Shown one piece after another: positions 19,196-28,181 of a DNA stretch of 64,000 nt (the first letter of the stretch is position 1; every line of letters starts with the position of its first letter). The notes beneath the pieces were generated by a model, which saw only the letters and a list, made by a program, of their open reading frames with translations, had not been told where the DNA came from and did not search any database. Position numbers and translations under genes: made by a program. Origin of the DNA: Anaerolineales bacterium (GTDB lineage: Bacteria > Chloroflexota > Anaerolineae > Anaerolineales > DRMV01); NCBI GenBank assembly GCA_026996855.1, contig JALWJZ010000004.1, positions 4,334 to 68,333 on the forward strand, written 5' to 3'.

Positions 19196-20287
19196 TCACA
19201 CTTCGTTGTCGCTTTCGCCCCGGATGAATTTTTCCACCATGTCCCGGGCTACGTGGTCGGGGAATTGTTTGGGCGGGCTTTTCATCAAGTAGGCCGAGGG
19301 GCCCAGAAGCGGTCCGGCGATGCCCCTATCCAGGGCCAGTTTGGCCAGCCGTACCGCATCGATGACCACGCCCGCGGAGTTGGGGGAATCCCATACTTCC
19401 AGTTTCACCTCGATGTTCAGGGGAACGTCGCCAAACGCGGTGCCTTCCAGCCGGATGTACGCCCATTTGCGGTCCGTGAGCCAGGGGACGTAATCGCTGG
19501 GGCCGACGTGAACGTTCTCCTCGTCCAGTTCATAAGGGAGAATGGACGTGACGGCCTGGGTTTTGGAAATCTTCTTGGACTCCAGGCGTTCCCGTTCCAG
19601 CATGTTCAAAAAGTCGGTGTTCCCGCCGAAGTTCAACTGGTAGGTGCGTTCCAGTTTCACCCCGCGGTCTACGAAGAGTTGGGCCAGCGCTCGGTGCAAA
19701 ATGGTGGCCCCCACCTGCGACTTGATGTCGTCGCCGATGACGGGCAGGCCCCGCTTGCGGAAGCGTTCGGACCAGTACTCCGACGAGGCGATGAACACAG
19801 GGATGGCGTTGACGAAGGCGCAGCCCGCATCCAGCACCTGTTCCACGTACCACTTGGTAGCCATTTCCGATCCCACGGGCAGGAAATTTACCACCACGTC
19901 GGTTTTGGTTTCCTTGAGCAGGGTTACGATGTCCGCGGTAGGGCCGGGGGCCTTTTTGACCTTGCCCGCCAGGTATTTGCCCAGTCCGTCGTGGGTCATG
20001 CCCCGTACCACGGGTACGTTCATGTAGGGCACGTCGGCGAATTTGATGGTGTTGTTGGGGTAGGCAAAGATGGCTTCGGAAAGGTCCTTGCCCACTTTGG
20101 TATCCACCACGTCGATGCCCAGGGTGAATTCGATGTCGCGAATGTGGTAGCCACCCAGGTTGACGTGCATGAGGCCGGGCACGAAGTCGTCGTCTTTGGC
20201 GTTTTGGTAGTAATACACGCCCTGCACCAGGGCCGAGGCGCAGTTCCCGACGCCGATGATGGCCACGCGTACTTTCTTTCGAGTCAT
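19196..20287 (-). CDS. ino1: myo-inositol-1-phosphate synthase
   Basis: ORF 19196..20353; ATG at 20287. [18 protein letters not shown] (NAD-binding), [17 protein letters not shown] and [12 protein letters not shown]-type strings (here [14 protein letters not shown]) are characteristic of bacterial/archaeal MIPS. Confidence 0.9.
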   Translation of the reverse strand: MTRKKVRVAIIGVGNCASALVQGVYYYQNAKDDDFVPGLMHVNLGGYHIRDIEFTLGIDVVDTKVGKDLSEAIFAYPNNTIKFADVPYMNVPVVRGMTHDGLGKYLAGKVKKAPGPTADIVTLLKETKTDVVVNFLPVGSEMATKWYVEQVLDAGCAFVNAIPVFIASSEYWSERFRKRGLPVIGDDIKSQVGATILHRALAQLFVDRGVKLERTYQLNFGGNTDFLNMLERERLESKKISKTQAVTSILPYELDEENVHVGPSDYVPWLTDRKWAYIRLEGTAFGDVPLNIEVKLEVWDSPNSAGVVIDAVRLAKLALDRGIAGPLLGPSAYLMKSPPKQFPDHVARDMVEKFIRGESDNEV

Positions 20288-20507
20288 GGTTGGTCCTCCG
20301 TTTGCTCGAGGGTAATGAGGGTGCTCTTTAGGCCCGGCCCATTGTACCATCACTTGGCCTTTGCAACCCGGCTTGGATGGGTACTCGGGCGCGGCGCCGA
20401 TTTGGCCTTGCTTTCCCCACGACGTGATATACTTGCCTCAAGTCGTCCAGCCCCGATGGGCGAAAAGAGCCGAAGCCAGACGGCGGATTTTGGCAGGAGG
20501 GTACGTT

Positions 20508-22052
20508 ATGGCGCAGGTGGTGTTGGAAGCCCGAGGCATTACCAAGCGTTTTCCCGGCGTGGTGGCCAACGACCACGTGGACTTGCGTCTGTACCAGGGG
20601 GAAATCCTCGCCTTGTTGGGTGAGAACGGCGCGGGCAAGACCACGTTGATGAACATCATCTATGGCCTGTATCACCCCGACGAAGGGGAAATTTACGTTG
20701 ACGGTCGCAAGGTGCACATTCGCAGCCCCCATGATGCCATTCGTCTGGGCATCGGCATGGTGCATCAGCACTTCATGTTGGTGCCCGTGTTCACGGTCAT
20801 GGAGAACATCATTTTGGGTGCGGAGATCACCCGGGCCGGCCTGGTGCTGGACAAGGGAAGGGCCCGGCAAGAGGTGTTGCGTCTCTCCGAAGAGTACGGT
20901 TTGCAGGTGGACCCGGACGCCTACGTGGAAGACCTGCCTGTGGGCGTCCAGCAGCGGGTGGAAATCCTCAAAGCCCTTTACCGGGGTGCCCGCATCCTCA
21001 TTTTGGATGAACCAACGGCCGTGCTCACGCCTCAGGAGGTGGAAGACCTCTTTCGCATCATGCGTCAGTTGACCCGGCGGGGGGTTTCCATCGTCTTCAT
21101 CACCCACAAATTGCGGGAAGTGCTGGCCGTGGCCGACCGCATCCTGGTCATGCGGCGGGGCCGTGTGGTGGGCGAGACCACCCCGGATGCCACCAACGAG
21201 GCCGAACTGGCCAGCATGATGGTGGGACGAGAAGTGGTGTTGCAGGTGGAGAAATCCCCGGCACGACCCGGTCCCGTGGTGCTGGAAGTGGAAGACCTGG
21301 TGGTGGAGAGCCAGGGGGTGCCCGTGGTGAACGGCGTTACCTTGCAGGTGCGGGCCGGGGAAATTTTGGGCGTGGCCGGTGTGCAGGGCAACGGCCAGAC
21401 CGAACTGGCCGAGGCTCTGACCGGCTTGCGCAAGCCCACGCGCGGCGTGTTGCGCATCGGCGGTCACGAGGTGCCCTTTGGGTATGCCCGGCCTCTCATC
21501 GAGCAAGGGCTGGCGCACATCCCCGAGGACCGACAACGGCATGGTTTGGTCCTTCCTTTCTCCGTGGCCGACAACATGGTGCTTTGCACGTATTACCGGC
21601 CGCCTTTTGCCCGGGGTTTGCGTCGCAATTTCAAAGAGGTGGTGACCTACGCGGAAAAACTCATCCAGGAATACGATGTGCGCACGCCCGGACCCATGGT
21701 GCCGGTGGCCACCCTTTCCGGTGGGAACCAGCAGAAAGTCATCGTGGCCCGGGAGTTCAGCCGTCCGGTGAAGGTGCTCATCGCCAACCAGCCCACTCGC
21801 GGCCTGGACGTGGGATCCATCGAATACATCCACCGGCGCATCGTGGAATTGCGGGACCAGGGCGTGGGGGTGCTGTTGATTTCCGCCGAACTGGACGAGA
21901 TTCTGAGCCTTTCCGACCGCATTGCGGTGATGTACCAGGGCCGCATCGTGACCACGGTGGACGCGGCCGAAGCCGACCGGGCCACCCTGGGCCTTTGGAT
22001 GGCAGGCGCGCAACCGGAGGCCGCTCCGGCTGCCGGGGGCGCGGCGCCTTGA
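20508..22052 (+). CDS. ABC transporter ATP-binding protein with two ATPase domains (sugar/nucleoside CUT2/BMP uptake type)
   Basis: ORF 20361..22052; ATG at 20508 follows AGGAGGG. First domain has GENGAGKTT, signature-like LPVGVQQRVEI and ILILDEPT. Second domain has GVQGNGQTEL, LSGGNQQK and LIANQPTRGLD. No permease or binding protein is adjacent. Confidence 0.85.
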   Translation: MAQVVLEARGITKRFPGVVANDHVDLRLYQGEILALLGENGAGKTTLMNIIYGLYHPDEGEIYVDGRKVHIRSPHDAIRLGIGMVHQHFMLVPVFTVMENIILGAEITRAGLVLDKGRARQEVLRLSEEYGLQVDPDAYVEDLPVGVQQRVEILKALYRGARILILDEPTAVLTPQEVEDLFRIMRQLTRRGVSIVFITHKLREVLAVADRILVMRRGRVVGETTPDATNEAELASMMVGREVVLQVEKSPARPGPVVLEVEDLVVESQGVPVVNGVTLQVRAGEILGVAGVQGNGQTELAEALTGLRKPTRGVLRIGGHEVPFGYARPLIEQGLAHIPEDRQRHGLVLPFSVADNMVLCTYYRPPFARGLRRNFKEVVTYAEKLIQEYDVRTPGPMVPVATLSGGNQQKVIVAREFSRPVKVLIANQPTRGLDVGSIEYIHRRIVELRDQGVGVLLISAELDEILSLSDRIAVMYQGRIVTTVDAAEADRATLGLWMAGAQPEAAPAAGGAAP

Positions 22053-22135
22053 CCTGGAGCGGGGTTTGGTTCCCCAGCGCTGTGGTGCGAACCACCGGTG
22101 GGAGGGGTGCGGTTTCGACGGACGGAAAATTTAAG

Positions 22136-22169
22136 GAAACCCGCGGGGAATGGAAACCCCGCGGGTTTC
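22136..22169. terminator. strong GC hairpin, possibly a bidirectional terminator
   Basis: GAAACCCGCGGGG-aatggaaa-CCCCGCGGGTTTC: a perfect 13-bp stem, 84 nt after the ABC ATPase stop. The T-rich tail (ccttaaattttcc) lies on the minus-strand side. Confidence 0.5.
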
Positions 22170-22421
22170 ATCGTTCGGCCACGGTGGCTATGGGTTTCCA
22201 CCCCCCGCGGGTGGTGAGGAGACGCTCCTTCCTGCGCATGGCTCACCTCCCGCTTTCTGGGGTGGATTTCGTTCCACCGTGGTGGAACGTGCCGCTTGGT
22301 GCGGCGTCCGTTTATACACATAAGGGCCTTGGGTTAACCTTTTGTTTGCGCTGTGCAAGAATTTCGTTAACGCCTTTTTGGCCGGTACCCAACGCATGGG
22401 TTGCCCCGGAGGAGATTCCAC

Positions 22422-23792
22422 ATGACCCTGACCCAGGAACGCGTCGTCCACGAGACGCAGCAAGTGTTGGAGGCCCTGGAGGCCGGTCGCCTGGAAGAGG
22501 CGCTGCGCCTTTTGCGCCGGTTTCACCCCGCAGACCAGGCCGAAATCTTTCGGCATCTCCCTTCGCGGCATCAGGTTTTGTTGTTGCGCTCCATGGACGT
22601 GGAGGAAGCCGCCGAGTTGCTGGAAGAACTCCATGAAATGGAAGCCGCGGAGGTGGCCGACGACCTGGCCCCCGAGCATCTGGCCGACATTCTGGACGAA
22701 ATGGACCCCGAAGACGCGGCCGACCTGCTGGGCGACCTACCGGAGGACCTGAAGCAGGCCTTGCTCAAGGAAATGGAAGAAGCCGAGGACGTGGCCCCCC
22801 TGCTTCAATATCCCGACGACACCGCGGGCGGCTTGATGAGCACCGAGTACGTGGCCCTGCACCAGGAGGCCACGGTGGGGGAAACCCTGGCCGCGTTACG
22901 GGCCTTTGCCGCGGAGGAAATCGAAATTCCCTACTACCTGTTCGTGGTGGACGAGAAAAACCACCTGGTGGGTGTGGTGGACGTACGTCATCTCATCACC
23001 GCCATGCCCCATGTCTTGATTCGGGAAGTCATGGACCCCAACGTGATTTCCGTGCACGTGCTCACGGACCAGGAAGAAGTGGCCCACATCATGCAAAAGT
23101 ACGAACTTGCGGCCCTGCCCGTGGTGGACGACGAGAACCGTTTGGTGGGTGTCATCAGTTACGAGGACGTGCTGGATGTGCTTTCCGAAGAGGCTACGGA
23201 GGACATTTTGCACCTGGGTGGTGTGGAAAGCGGTCCTTTGCTGGAAAGGCCCTACTGGAAGCAGCGGCTGCTGGAAGTGGTTCGCTCCCGGTTTTTCTGG
23301 TTGCTTTTTCTGTTCGTTGCCGAAACCTTCACCGGAACGGTGTTGCGCCATTTCGACGAAGAACTGACCAAGGTCATTGCGCTGTCCTATTTCATTCCTC
23401 TGCTCATCGGCACCGGTGGCAATGCCGGGAGCCAGGTGGTGGCGACCATGATTCGAGCGCTGACGCTGCGCGAAGTCGGCCCGCGCGATGTGTTGCGCGT
23501 GATTTGGAAAGAACTGAAGGCCGGGATGATTCTGGGTCTGGCCATCGGTCTGGTGGCCTTTTTACGAGCCGAGTTGTGGGGAGTGGATTATCATGTGGGG
23601 TTGGTGGTGGCCATTTCGGTCATGCTCATCATCGTATGGGCCACTTTGGTGGGTGTGGTGGTTCCCTTGACGGCCGTGGCGTTGCGCATCGACCCCACGT
23701 TGGTCTCCGGCCCCTTCATGGCTACCTTCATTGACGGTACGGGCCTGTTGCTTTATTTTTTGGTGGCCCGAGCCATTTTGCCGCAGTTGTGA
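22422..23792 (+). CDS. mgtE: magnesium transporter MgtE
   Basis: ORF 22401..23792; ATG at 22422 follows GGAGGAG. It has an MgtE N-domain, two CBS domains (VVDEKNHLVGVVDVRHL, VVDDENRLVGVISYEDV) and a C-terminal 5-TM domain with IPLLIGTGGNAGSQ. Confidence 0.92.
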   Translation: MTLTQERVVHETQQVLEALEAGRLEEALRLLRRFHPADQAEIFRHLPSRHQVLLLRSMDVEEAAELLEELHEMEAAEVADDLAPEHLADILDEMDPEDAADLLGDLPEDLKQALLKEMEEAEDVAPLLQYPDDTAGGLMSTEYVALHQEATVGETLAALRAFAAEEIEIPYYLFVVDEKNHLVGVVDVRHLITAMPHVLIREVMDPNVISVHVLTDQEEVAHIMQKYELAALPVVDDENRLVGVISYEDVLDVLSEEATEDILHLGGVESGPLLERPYWKQRLLEVVRSRFFWLLFLFVAETFTGTVLRHFDEELTKVIALSYFIPLLIGTGGNAGSQVVATMIRALTLREVGPRDVLRVIWKELKAGMILGLAIGLVAFLRAELWGVDYHVGLVVAISVMLIIVWATLVGVVVPLTAVALRIDPTLVSGPFMATFIDGTGLLLYFLVARAILPQL

Positions 23793-25192
23793 AACGACCC
23801 TTTGGACGGTTCCCCATGGACGTCTTGCGCTTCCCCCTGATTGGCCGATGGCTGCGAGGCCGTTGGAGCCGGGCGGTTTTGCAAGGTGGGCTTCTGCTGG
23901 TGGCCTTGCTCATGGTGTACGACGGCTTCACCGGCCCGCCAGAGCCCCATCGCAACCTGGCCACGGTGCTGGCCTGGGTGCATTACCGGGGGCTGATTCT
24001 GCTCGCGCTGCTTTTCATGGGCAATGTGTTTTGCATGGTCTGCCCCTTCAGCCTGTTGCGTACGGTGGCTCCTGGTCTGGCCCGCCGGGGACCCCGATGG
24101 CCCCGGGTGCTGCGCACCAAGTGGGTGGCCGTGGCCTTCCTGTTCCTCATCTTCTTCCTCTACGAATGGCTGGACCTGTGGGCTTCCCCCCGGGCCACCG
24201 CGTGGGTCATCCTGGCCTACTTCGCCCTGGCCTTTTTGCTGGAGGCCCTATTCCAGGAGTCGCCCTTTTGCAAGTACGTGTGCCCGTTGGGGCATTTCAA
24301 CTATGTCTATGCCGCGGTGGCACCGGTGCAGATTCGCGCCCGGGACGCGCAGGTGTGCCGTGCCTGCCCCGGCAAGGAGTGCCTCAACGGCTCGGACGCG
24401 GTGCCCGGCTGCGGTACGCTGCTCTTCGTGCCCCAGGTGAAAAGCAACCTGGATTGCACCCTGTGCCTGGATTGCGCCCGGGCCTGCCCTTATGACAACG
24501 TACAGTTGGCCTTGCGTTCGCCCCTGGCCGAGTTGGAGAACCCCTCCACCTGGCCCCGGCGCCTGGATGTGGCCTTTCTCCCCTTTTTGATGCTGGCCGC
24601 GTCCCTTTCCAACGCCCTGGGCATGACCCCGCCCTTCTACGACCTGCTGGACGTACTGGCCCGTTGGGGCCTGGCCAGTGCAGGGGTGCGCATGTTCCTG
24701 GTGTTCGCCGCTTTGAACCTGGTGGTGCCGGGATTGATCATGGCCTTTTTGGGGTGGTGGCACCGGCGTTACCTGCCGGGGTACCGGGCCCGAACCGCCG
24801 TGGCCGTGCTGGCCCCTGCCTTGGTGCCCCTGAGTTTCGGCATTTGGGCCGCACATTATGGCTTCCACTTCTGGACCACGGCCTGGGTGTTGGTACCCGT
24901 GGTACAGGGTTTCGCTCGCGCCCATGGGCTGGATTTGGGCACCCCCCTCTGGCAGCCTCATTTCCTGGTCCCTCCCACGTGGTGGTATCCCGTGCAGGTG
25001 GCTTTGGTGCTGGTGGGCTTTGGGTTCACGTTGTGGATGTTGCACCGCCGAAGCCAACGGGCTTTTCCCCAGGTAGACCGGCAGGCTCTGGTCTTCCCTT
25101 GGGTGGTGGTGGCCATGCTGGCGGCCTGGGCCGCGGTGGCCCTCTTTGCCCTGCCCATGGAAATGCGCGGCAGCCCCGCGGTAAGCCATTGA
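23789..25192 (+). CDS. polytopic membrane protein with 4Fe-4S ferredoxin-type motifs (NapH/FesM-like)
   Basis: GTG at 23789 overlaps the mgtE stop; an alternative ATG is at 23816. Cys motifs FCMVCPF, FCKYVCPLGHF and CTLCLDCARACPYDN, with many TM helices on both sides. Confidence 0.7.
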   Translation: MKRPFGRFPMDVLRFPLIGRWLRGRWSRAVLQGGLLLVALLMVYDGFTGPPEPHRNLATVLAWVHYRGLILLALLFMGNVFCMVCPFSLLRTVAPGLARRGPRWPRVLRTKWVAVAFLFLIFFLYEWLDLWASPRATAWVILAYFALAFLLEALFQESPFCKYVCPLGHFNYVYAAVAPVQIRARDAQVCRACPGKECLNGSDAVPGCGTLLFVPQVKSNLDCTLCLDCARACPYDNVQLALRSPLAELENPSTWPRRLDVAFLPFLMLAASLSNALGMTPPFYDLLDVLARWGLASAGVRMFLVFAALNLVVPGLIMAFLGWWHRRYLPGYRARTAVAVLAPALVPLSFGIWAAHYGFHFWTTAWVLVPVVQGFARAHGLDLGTPLWQPHFLVPPTWWYPVQVALVLVGFGFTLWMLHRRSQRAFPQVDRQALVFPWVVVAMLAAWAAVALFALPMEMRGSPAVSH

Positions 25193-25327
25193 GACGGCAC
25201 GCCCTTTTCGCCCTGTGGGGAGGTTTCCCCAAGGTTTCCGGGTAAAATGGAAGTCACTCTCGGGCCACAATTTTGACCCCTGTCCGCCGACCACTCCGAA
25301 CGCACACTGCTTCCCAGGGAGGTCCCG

Positions 25328-26560
25328 ATGCCCCAAGTGGACGATTTGATGCAGGAAGCCCGCGTCGACGCGCTGGTGGTGCTGGGGGGGACCCAGGACA
25401 ACCCTCACATGCGGTACCTGCTCCCCCGCGGCCGGGTTTCCCATGCGGTGCTGGTGAAACTTCGTGGCCGTTCCCCGGAGGTGTGGGTTTCGGCCATGGA
25501 GCGGGAGGAGGCCGCGCAAAGCCCGGTCACGGTTCGGACGTGGTCCGAGGCCCGATGGGAAGCCTTTTTGCGGGAAACGGGAGGCAATCGGACGCAAGCC
25601 TGGGTGCGCACCCTGGCGTATGTGTTGGCGCAGTACGGTTTGGAGCAGGGTCGGGTGGCCTTTGTGGGCAAAGTGGAACTGGGCACCCACTGGACCTTGT
25701 TGCAGGAATTGCAGCAGCGTTTGCCCGGGATGACCATTCTGGGCCAGGAAGGGCACAATGTGTTGCTGGCGGCCCGCTCGGTGAAGCGCCCCGACGAGGT
25801 GGAGCGCATTGCCCGTATGGGCCGGGTGACCGTGGAAGTGGTGGGGAAATTGTGGGACTGGCTGGCCTCTCGTCGCCTGGAAAAGGGCGTTCTGATGGAC
25901 GGCGACCAGCCGGTGACCATTGGTCGGGTGAAGCGCCTGGTGCGCAGATGGTTGTTGGAACGGGGCGCGGTGACCCCCTTGGGCATCATCTTCGCCCAGG
26001 GGCGGGATGCCGGCATTCCCCACAGCATGGGGAGAGAAGAGGAGGCGCTGTATGCCGGTCGGCCCATCGTGTTCGACCTGTTTCCCCAGGAAGAGGGGGG
26101 CGGTTACTTCTTCGATTTCACCCGTACCTGGAGCCTGGGGTATGCCACCGACGAGGCCCTGACCCTGTACGAGCAGGTGCTGGAGGCTCACCATCGGGCC
26201 TTGAAACAGGTGCGGGCCGGTGTACCCGGCGAGGAGCCGTACTTGCAGGTGTGCGCTTACTTCGAGGAGCGGGGGCATCCTACCCTGCGCTCCCATCCCG
26301 GCACCCAGGAGGGTTTCGTGCACACCCTGGGCCATGGTCTGGGGCTGGACATCCACGAGATGCCCGGTTTGCGTTCTGGCATGAAACAACCCCTCCCGGC
26401 CGACGCGGTGGTCACCGTGGAGCCAGGCCTGTACTACCCCGAGCGGGGGATGGGTTTCCGGGTGGAAGACGTGGTGCACCTGCCCGCGCAGGGGCCGGCC
26501 CGGGTGCTGGCCGAGTTCCCCTACGATTTCGTGCTCCCGGTGCGGGGTTCGGCGGGGTGA
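25328..26560 (+). CDS. M24 family metallopeptidase (Xaa-Pro aminopeptidase type)
   Basis: ATG follows GGAGG. Creatinase-like N-domain. Metal-ligand region FDFTRTW, HTLGHGLGLDIHE, VVTVEPGLY and FRVEDVV. Confidence 0.85.
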   Translation: MPQVDDLMQEARVDALVVLGGTQDNPHMRYLLPRGRVSHAVLVKLRGRSPEVWVSAMEREEAAQSPVTVRTWSEARWEAFLRETGGNRTQAWVRTLAYVLAQYGLEQGRVAFVGKVELGTHWTLLQELQQRLPGMTILGQEGHNVLLAARSVKRPDEVERIARMGRVTVEVVGKLWDWLASRRLEKGVLMDGDQPVTIGRVKRLVRRWLLERGAVTPLGIIFAQGRDAGIPHSMGREEEALYAGRPIVFDLFPQEEGGGYFFDFTRTWSLGYATDEALTLYEQVLEAHHRALKQVRAGVPGEEPYLQVCAYFEERGHPTLRSHPGTQEGFVHTLGHGLGLDIHEMPGLRSGMKQPLPADAVVTVEPGLYYPERGMGFRVEDVVHLPAQGPARVLAEFPYDFVLPVRGSAG

Positions 26561-26666
26561 GCCCTTTTCGACCTTCCCTTTCCCCGGAAAAAGAGACAAC
26601 CGCCGCAGACGGCCTGGGGAAAGGGTGGGCGCGACCTCCCCAATTTGTACCCAGGAGTGAACACGC

Positions 26667-27218
26667 ATGACCGCGCTTCATTGGACCTCCTACGAAAGTT
26701 ACCCCAACATGGCTGCGGTGCTGACCGCGATGCACGGAGGCCGCAAGAACGCCATGGCCATGGCCTGGCACGCGCCCCTGTCCTTCGAGCCGCCCCTTTA
26801 CGGTGCCGTGGTCGCGCCGGAGCGCTTCACCCATGGCCTCATCGTGGCTTCGGGGGCCTTTGCGGTGAACTTTCTGCCCTGGGAGAAAGCCGACCTCATC
26901 GCCCGGGTGGGACGGGTGTCGGGCCATCGGGTGGACAAGTTTCGGGCCTTTGCCATCGCGGAGCGAGCGGTGCCCGATGCCCTGGCTCCCTTGCTGGCCG
27001 ATGCGTATGCCATTCTGGAGTGCCGGGTGGTGGACCGCCATCGAGTGGGCGACCACGACCTGTTTGTTGGGGAAATCGTGCGCATTCATCACCAGGAAGG
27101 GGCCTTCACCCCCCAGGGCTACCTGGACCTGAACCGGGTGCATCCCGCGTTGTATCTGGGCCGGGACTGGTACGTGACCACGGACCCCGCTTCGGCCCGT
27201 CGTCATTCAGGGCGTTAG
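26667..27218 (+). CDS. flavin reductase family protein (FMN-binding split barrel)
   Basis: Strings NAMAMAWHAPLSFEPPLYGAVV, FAVNFL and GDHDLFVGEIV are typical of the flavin reductase-like domain. Confidence 0.85.
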   Translation: MTALHWTSYESYPNMAAVLTAMHGGRKNAMAMAWHAPLSFEPPLYGAVVAPERFTHGLIVASGAFAVNFLPWEKADLIARVGRVSGHRVDKFRAFAIAERAVPDALAPLLADAYAILECRVVDRHRVGDHDLFVGEIVRIHHQEGAFTPQGYLDLNRVHPALYLGRDWYVTTDPASARRHSGR

Positions 27219-27288
27219 CCGTTCCCCTCTTGAGTTATTCGTGAGGTTTTCATAGGCGCCTTGAGGAAGGTCAAATCACCCCTTCAAT

Positions 27289-27365
27289 CGCCATCCGCTA
27301 TCTGCTATCTGCTATCTGCTATCTGCCATCCGCTATCTGCCATCTGCCATCCGCTATCTGCTATC
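27289..27365 (+). repeat. tandem heptamer repeat (GCYATCY) x11
   Basis: Reads gccatcc gctatct gctatct gctatct gctatct gccatcc gctatct gccatct gccatcc gctatct gctatcc. It lies between the flavin reductase stop (27218) and the methyltransferase start (27385). Confidence 0.9.
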
Positions 27366-27384
27366 CGCTCCCAGAAGGTGAGCC

Positions 27385-28107
27385 ATGACCCCGGAAGTGC
27401 TGCAACATCTCCTGGAACTGAACCGCCGCTTTTACCACGAATTCGGGCGGGCCTATGCGGAAAAGCGGGGTTTCCTCCAGCCCGGGGTGCAGCGTTTGCT
27501 GGCCCGCCTGCCCGCCCAGGCCCATGTGCTGGACGTGGGCTGTGGCCACGGTCGGGTGTTGGAGATTTTGCGTTCCCGAGGGGATTTTCAGGGACGGTAC
27601 ATCGGGGTGGACGCCAGCGCGCCCTTGCTGCACCAGGCCTGGGAGCGGGCCCAGGGCGTGGACTTTGCCGTGAGCCTGCTCCAGCGGGATGTGGCCGCGG
27701 AGGGCTGGCATAGGGACCTGCCTGCGGTGGACGTGGTGCTGTGCTTTGCCGTGCTCCACCACATCCCCGGAAAGGCGCTTCGCCTTCGTGTCGTCAGGGA
27801 TTTTTATCAGGTGCTTCGTCCCCGGGGGCAGGTGTGGCTTTCCGTGTGGAACCTGTTGCGCAGCCCCCGGCTCAAGGCCCGGGTGCAACCCTGGGAGCGG
27901 GTGGGTTTGCAGTGGAACCAAGTGGACCCCGGTGACCTGTTGGTGGATTGGCGACACGGCGGCTACGGCCTCCGCTACATTCATCAATTCACCCTGCCGG
28001 AATTGGCCGGCCTTTTGGAAGAGGCCGGTTTTCGTGTTCGGGAAATCTTCCTGTCCGATGGAGAAGGCGGTCGATTGGGCATCTATGCGGTGGCCGAGAA
28101 AGGATGA
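27385..28107 (+). CDS. class I SAM-dependent methyltransferase
   Basis: Motif I VLDVGCGHGRV, post-I GVDAS, and VLCFAVLHHI. Confidence 0.8.
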   Translation: MTPEVLQHLLELNRRFYHEFGRAYAEKRGFLQPGVQRLLARLPAQAHVLDVGCGHGRVLEILRSRGDFQGRYIGVDASAPLLHQAWERAQGVDFAVSLLQRDVAAEGWHRDLPAVDVVLCFAVLHHIPGKALRLRVVRDFYQVLRPRGQVWLSVWNLLRSPRLKARVQPWERVGLQWNQVDPGDLLVDWRHGGYGLRYIHQFTLPELAGLLEEAGFRVREIFLSDGEGGRLGIYAVAEKG

Positions 28108-28181
28108 CGGGACCTTCCGTTATAATCCATGCCGGCGTTTTCTTTTCTTCGTCAGACATTTCGTCTTTTGGAGGCTGCTGT

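Noticed and set aside
17911-19227. A 438-aa plus-strand ORF and several smaller ORFs covering 18.6-19.2 kb.
   Set aside because: The region is explained by the M23 peptidase gene (a different frame) and by the RNase P RNA on the minus strand. The ORF translations are low complexity.
22170-22421. M-box (ykoK-type) magnesium riboswitch upstream of mgtE, or an SRP/4.5S-like RNA on the minus strand.
   Set aside because: The conserved M-box strings I remember (GUUAGGUGAGGCU...GCUAAAGCUC.ACG) are not present beyond a GGUGAGG word. The SRP domain IV motif (GGAA tetraloop with AGCA/GGAAG loops) is also absent. The region is kept only as an unexplained structured region.
27289-27365. Possible CRISPR array. 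The same question applies to 6213-6263, 29953-30010 and 48961-48995.
   Set aside because: The repeat period is only 7-8 nt with no spacers, and no cas genes are present. These are micro-tandem repeats, not CRISPR.
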